Assembly: GCF_009914755.1 (NCBI RefSeq)
Contig: NC_060947.1
DNA from: the human T2T-CHM13v2.0 reference genome, Homo sapiens
DNA: 64,000 bases
Reading direction: 5' to 3' (one strand)
Numbering within the stretch: the first letter of the stretch is position 1; each line of letters starts with the position of its first letter. The notes below the pieces were generated by a model. That model saw only the letters and a list, made by a program, of their open reading frames with translations, made no database searches and had not been told where the DNA came from. Made by a program: the position numbers and the translations under genes. This document shows, piece by piece, positions 58,037 to 64,000 of this stretch.

Positions 58037-61000
58037 AGTATACAACTTTTAATTTTTATGATTTAATTCCACTTTCCATAAACTTTTTCAAGTCCCTTCA
58101 TGTGTAAAGTCCTGCATTTGTAAAAATATCTCTACTACACAAGTACATGGAAACAAAAATTGGTATAAAAATAGCTGCATATGGAGACTAAGATTTTAGT
58201 TGACTGTAAGCACAATGAGCTGGCAAGATGATGTGGGTGATGTGAGCATAGGCTGTGTAAATGGAAATGTGGACTCTAAAGAAAAAGATAATATTCTTGA
58301 TCTGATTTCAGCTGCTCAAAGTGTACCTGGAGTCTGTGTTCAATTGTAGGCTCCTCCTCTTTAAAAGACCATGAAACAAATAGAATGTGTTCAGAAGAGA
58401 GTGACCAAGATAGCTGAATGACAGGAAGATGTGTCATCCTTGCATATGTTTAATAGCCATTTGTGAAGAAATTGGTGGAAAGGACTCAAGTAACAGGAAT
58501 ATATGACTTAAAAAGATTTTTCTAAGCCTTATGAAGGGCAAACTGGTAGGAAGCTGGTAACTAAGAGTGGGAGCTGAGAGGAAGCTGGAAACCAAGGAAC
58601 ACAGGGTTGCCACAACGTTAAGAGTATTCCATGGATCATTTATGCCTGGGTCAGTTTTTCTCTGAAATGCAGATGGTCTGGGACTACTTCCCTAGTTCTA
58701 TCTACTACTGACATTTAGCCCAGAGTCCCTCCTCCCAATAAGCACAATTCTGAGCTTACATACTTATGCTAATGAAGGGAGGTAGAGAATTAGCAGCAAT
58801 TTGTAACTTTTTATTATTGTTCCCTTCACATTACAATCCTCAAAGTGTACACTGCAGAGGGGATATCTTGCAGTATTGGAAAGATCACTGAGCTGAGAGA
58901 ATACCAAGGTTATATAAGACCTGCATTAGTCCATTTTCTCTGGGTCTCAATTTTGTAACCTAAAAAAGGAGGCAGTCAGTTGAAATGGTCTCTAATGTCA
59001 CTTTCAGATTGAAAATATAGTATAATTCTATTGACACTGTGTTAATTTTAAAATAATATTTTATTATTTTTTTCAAAGTTTATAACAAAACATGAAAACA
59101 AATTATCTATTTGGCTTAGTGAATCAAACTAAATGAAATATTGCCATGCTACATATTCAGTGCAGAGAATGCTGAGAACTTTAAGTTTGGTGATTCAGGC
59201 AAACATAGTTTTATTTTCAGTCCTAATTGCTTCACACGTTGCCTTGTTTGTTGTTTGGTTGGTTTATTTAAGCTTATGTCCATTTTTTAAAACATTAGTT
59301 CATTTTGGTGGAATATCATCTAGTTGTTCTTTAATGAGCTGACTCTTGGCATAGGAAGTGTAAGATCGAGCAGAAAAGGAACTTGTGGCCAAAATGCAAT
59401 GCTTAGGAGTGAAGTTCAGAGGCTCTATAAGACAGGAGTGAGCTTGGGATCCCCTGCTATGAACTTCCCCTGAGTGATTTGCAAATGTAATTTTTTCTGC
59501 GTAACAGAGGTGGCAGCTCAGATAATCAATATACACTTCTCACCATAAGAGAACCTTGGTTTGCAGAGATGGACAGCAAATATGAACAGCTCATTTTTGC
59601 CTCAAAGTCCCCAAAGAAAGGGTTATTTTTTCTTAGAATCTAAGTCAAGGGATCTTGGGAAAAATCCAATCTTATCAAAAATCCAATGACATGAGTAGCT
59701 CCTCAAGCATTTTAGACCATTTATTCCCAAAACAACATTGGTGCTCAAATAGTTTTCACTTTACTACATTGGAGCTTTCCAGGTAAGGGAAATTTTGCCA
59801 GAACCTCTAGGGAAAAAAAAAAACTGAAATGCTATTCTTTGACAGAGCGAGGGAAATATATAGTTTATCTAATGAAAGCTTTTCCTTTTGCTCCTCTCTA
59901 TTTTAAAAAGCATTCACCTCTGCTCACCACTTCTTGGGTTCCAGTTGACCTATTGTCTCACTTATCTGGGCTTTCAGTAACTCAGTTCAGTCATCAAAAG
60001 AAATGCTCAAAGACTATTGGTGAGGCAGGCAAACTTCTATCACGTCTGAACTAGGTAGCAGGCCATGGCTTTTCTTAACACAGCTAAAGTCTGAACTGGC
60101 TTCTAAAAGTGGTTGTTCATTGTTTTTGTTTTGTTTCAAAAGGGGATGCTTTTGTTTTCAAACTTTTACATAAAGAAACTGACTTCAGGCTTCTAATTCA
60201 ACTCTTTATACTCTTCCTTCTCATCTTTCCCTTCTTTTTTTGAGAGAATAAAAGTTGGCTTTGAAATAGCCTAAAATTTTCTATAAATTCCAGTGAAAAG
60301 TTGATTCAGAGTTGACCTACAATGCTTTGAAAGACACATGTTCAAAGGCAGAGTAAGAGCTAACATTCTAGTACCATACACTAAAATGCACATAATTTTA
60401 AGTAAAACACACTCTGATTTGCACTGTTGAGCAAAGAGAGACAAACTAATAATAAGCCACTGACTTGGAAATAATTGCAACTGCTCTGCAATTCAATGAG
60501 AATTGGGAGCTGTCCTGGGAAAAGCAAGCTAAAATGAAAAGAGGTGGTGATGGTGGTGTGACAGTGTTTAATATTTTTCACCTAAAATGAATGGTGCTAT
60601 CAGTTGCCATAGCGCTCCCTAATTAGGCCTGGCCTGGGGTCCTGCTCCATGAGATATGGAAAAAAATCCAGAAAGACTTAATTAACGGAATGGGGAACAG
60701 ACAAAGAATTTAAGTTTGTTTAATCTGGAAAGACAAAGGGTGAGAAGAAAGGTAAATGATGGATGTCTAACAAATGAAGTGAATGAATAAAACGTCATCG
60801 CACTCCAGAAAGGTAAAATTAGGTAACATTCCATAAAATTTATTAATAGAGTTGATGACTAATGAAATAAAATACAATAGATATTTATACATTAATTTTT
60901 CAAATATGTTAAATCTGAGAAAAGAAATATGAACAAGACATGGTATTTAACCTCAAAAGTTCACATTTCAGCTGGGGAAATACATAAAAACAAAACAGGA

Positions 61001-61937
61001 TAAAATTTTATGAATGATTTCACAGGGGCACGGGCTATAATTAAGAGTATAAGGATATATTAAGGACTTGTTTTCAGAGAGAAGAAGGTAGGTATGAAGA
61101 GAAGTCTAGGAAGATTTGACAAAAGAGAACAGATTTGATCTGGGCTTTGAAGAATTACTTGAAAGTGCACTGGCCTCAGAAGGGATAGCAGGGTATTCCA
61201 GAAGAGGAAAAGCATTCAACAAAGGCATAAGTGAAGACAAAATAAATGATTTGTTAATGAAACGGACAGGTCCAGGATAGCTGGACTATAGCCTCCATGG
61301 AAGAAGTAATGTTAATCAAGGCCAAAGGTAGGCAGAGCTTTAAATACTACAATAAAGAACATGTACATTATCTTGTGGCCAACACAAGCCAATAGTAGTT
61401 TTTGTTTGTTTGTTTTAGATGCAGGGGATACATGTGCAGGTTTGTTACATGGGAATGATGGGGGGGTTGAGCTTCTAGTGCATCCATCACCCAAATAATG
61501 AACATTGTACCCAACAGGCAATTTCTTTAACACTCACCGCCCTCTCATCCTCCCCAATTTTGGAGTCCCCAATATCTATTGTTTCCATCTTTATATTCAT
61601 GTGTACACATTATTTAGCTCCATTTGTAAGTGAGAGCAGGCAGTAATTTTCCTTTTCTGAGTTATTTCACTTAGGATAATGGCCTCTAGCTCCATCCATG
61701 TTGCTACAAAGGACATGATTTCTTTCTTTCTATGGATGCATGGTATTCCATGGTATATATCTACCACATTTTCTTTGTAAATTCTTTGTAGATTTTCTTT
61801 AGGTTGATTCCATGACTTTGCTACGGTGAATAGTGCTGCAATAAACTGATAAATACAGGTGTATTTTTGATGTAATGATTCCTTTTCCTTTGGGTAGATA
61901 CCCAGTAGTGGGACTGCTGGATCAAATGATAGTTCTA

Positions 61938-62180
61938 ATGAAACCATATGGACACAAGGAGAGAAACAACACACTCCGGGGCCTGTTGGGGGCTGGGAAT
62001 ACAGGGGAGGGAGAGCATCAGGATAAATAGCTAATGCATGCAGGGCTTAAAACCTAGATGATGGGTTGATAGGTGCAGCAAACCACCATGGCACATGTTT
62101 ACCTGTGTTACAAACCTTCACATCCTGCACATGTATCCCAGAACTTAAAATAAAATAAAAATTTAAAAAATTATAAAAAT
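61938..62180 (+). mobile_element. L1PA10-like 3'UTR tip
   Basis: 'gagagcatcaggataaatagctaatgcatgcagggcttaaaacctagatg'; perfect 13-bp TSD AATGATAGTTCTA (61925-61937 / 62181-62193). Confidence 0.9.
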
Positions 62181-62323
62181 AATGATAGTTCTACTTTTAG
62201 TTTTTTGACAAATCTCCATACTGCCTTCCACAGGGGCTGAACAAATTTACACTCTCACCAATATACCCTTTTCTCTGCATCCACATCAATGCCTATTGTT
62301 TTTTTACTTTTTAGTAATAGCCA

Positions 62324-62600
62324 GATTGGCCTGGTAGCCCATGCCTATACTCCCAGCACTTGAGGCCAGGAGTTCGAGACCAGCCTGGGTGACATAGTGA
62401 CATCCTGTCTCTACAAAAAAATTTTAAAAATTAGCTGGGCATGGTGGTGTGCACCTGTGGTCTTAGCTACTCAGTAGGCTGAGGAGGGAGGATCACTTGA
62501 GCTTAGAAGTTCGAGGCTGTAGTGGGCCAGGATCACGCCACTTCCCTCTAAGCTGGGAGACAGAGACCCCGTGTCCAAGTAATAATAATAATAATAATAA
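62324..62600 (+). mobile_element. AluJ with left-arm deletion and (AAT)n tail
   Basis: 'cccagcact|tgaggccagg' junction; J-type 'gaagttcgaggctgtagtg'; TSD taatagcca. Confidence 0.9.
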
Positions 62601-63074
62601 TAATAGCCATTCTGACTAGTGTTAGATGGTATTTCACTGTGTTTTTGATTGGCATTTCTCTGATGATTAGTGATGGTGAGCATTTTTTCTTATGTTTGTT
62701 GGCCACTTGCATGTTTTCTTTTGAGAAATGTCTGTTTATGCCCACTGCCCATTTTTTAATGGAGTTGTTTGTTTTTTCCTTGTTGTTTGAGTTCCTTGTA
62801 GATTTTGGATATTAGACCTTCGTTGGATGCACAGTTTGCGAATATTTTCTACCATTCTGTAGGCTGTTTACTCCAACAGTAGTTTTTAAGCAGGAGAGTG
62901 ATCTTGGTACTAACTTCACTTTCTGGAGAACAAGTTTACTTGTTAAGGTTCAGGGGAGTAAAAATTAGATCCAAGGAGGACATGTTTGTCTGTCTCTGTC
63001 ACTATCAAGCCGTATGACCTTAAATAAGTCATTAAGTTTCCTGTGCCTTGGTTCCCACCTCTGTAAAATTAGAT

Positions 63075-63345
63075 GTTCTCAAATATCTAAAGGACTGTAA
63101 TGTGGAAGGGAAATAGATGTATTCTGTGTTCCTCAAACTGGTGGGTGGACAGATTTGAGCTCAATATGAAGAAGAACTAACAGGGGCAATCATGGATGAA
63201 ATGGTTGCTTTTGAAGTTCTCCAGATGTTCCTAGTCACCTAACAGAATGATGTAGAAGGAAATCAAATACTACATGAACAGATGTATAAGAGAAGGGGTT
63301 AGAACAGATAACCTTTTGGGTTCCTTCCAGACTGGACATTCTACT
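63075..63345 (+). mobile_element. L3/CR1 3' end (preceded by a MIR core at ~62970-63075)
   Basis: 'caaatatctaaaggactgtaatgtggaaggg...cagatttgagctcaatatgaagaagaact...ttccttccagactggacattcta'. Confidence 0.7.
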
Positions 63346-64000
63346 CACTCTTCTACAAATCAGCTCTTCAAACAGAAAGAAGATGGATATATCCTCTTTT
63401 TAATTTATTTCTTCACCCCAATTTGCCTTCCTTTTACCATTTTGCATGTTACATGCTCTAATTTCACCTTTCTGGTTGAGATCTTCTGGATACTGTCATG
63501 TAGCCAGCTATGTTCCTAACCAAATTTCACACCCAAAACTGAACATACTATTTCCCACAAAAGCGACCAGATCTCTCTGTTAGTAATTAGGATTTTATGT
63601 ACAGTAAAACCTTAATTAACTGAAGTCCAACTAATGAAACATTTTATTTCATGTTCTACACTCATTTTTATGAGAAAAACAGACATGGTGACTAAGCAAG
63701 CCTTTATGTTGAATTTACTGAAGGAAAAATAAATTCATCTCCCAAGAAGTAGTCTGAGGTCAATAGAGATTCATCCCAATCTCCTACTTTTCCCGTACAA
63801 TAAGAACAGATTTCAGAATGATGAACTTGAGACTCTGAAAAAATGTTCCAAATAATAAAGTAAAATGCAATTATGTTCACTTAACTGTACTTATTAAAGT
63901 AGTAAAATGGACTACAGTTACATGAAACGTTTCAACCACAAAGACTGAAATAAAAGATAGATGTGCTACTTAATTTTAAAAAGCCTCAATTAACATCCCC

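Larger units (their letters stand above)
55607..58100 (+). mobile_element. HSMAR2 mariner transposon, full length (interrupted by L1PA4 and AluY)
   Basis: TIRs caaagagacttcaaaacgttcatggaa / ttccataaactttttcaagtcccttca; TA on the left (TG on the right); complete transposase relic inside. Confidence 0.95.
55100..58420 (+). mobile_element. L3/CR1 LINE RT region, split by HSMAR2
   Basis: 'cagggaaatgggtagatgtg...ttcagcaaggcatttt' (D-F-S-K-A-F-like) before; 'tgtaaagtcctgcatttg...gtgttcagaagagagtgaccaaga' after. Approximate. Confidence 0.7.
61404..62872 (-). mobile_element. L1PA16/17-like 3' end, containing nested L1PA10 and AluJ
   Basis: 'tttggagtccccaatatctattgtttccatcttta'; TSD ccaa(t/c)agtagttttt (61389-61403 / 62873-62887). 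Confidence 0.88.
60880..62935 (-). mobile_element. L2 (L2c-like), split by the L1PA17 stack
   Basis: 'atttgatctgggctttgaag...gggtattccagaagaggaaaagcattcaacaaaggc'; resumes 'gtttttaagcaggagagtga' after 62887. Confidence 0.65.

Noticed and set aside
63600-63650. Possible Tigger-type terminal repeat 'tacagtaaaaccttaattaactg'
   Set aside because: No partner TIR identified in the window; too short to call.

Overview
Human (hominin) non-coding genomic DNA: AT-rich, CpG-depleted and dominated by interspersed repeats. I found no host protein-coding gene, tRNA/rRNA, CRISPR array or CpG island. Every long ORF in the supplied track is an L1 ORF2 fragment, an Alu/LTR/mariner read-through or a chance ORF. 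Contents: L1s from ancient L1M/L1MA/L1MB to a human-specific L1HS (ACG/A diagnostic) with a 7-bp TSD; two twin-primed, 5'-inverted L1s; Alus from FAM to AluY; THE1/MST/MLT2 solo LTRs; DNA transposons (full-length HSMAR2, MER53, MER58B, MER20, Tigger-, ORSL- and MARNA-like); and MIR, L2 and L3/CR1 relics, including two deeply nested stacks. The most unusual structure is a 181-bp fold-back at 52985-53165 (72-bp gap-free arms, substitutions skewed toward G.U pairs on the + strand, loop resembling the Eulor5/6 Crypton-type core). Other leads are candidate non-coding exons or splice signals and a textbook poly(A) site in unique sequence. I cannot support a new multi-gene biological system here. Repeat subfamily names come from recalled consensus sequences, and boundaries of old repeats are approximate; all need RepeatMasker/Dfam confirmation.
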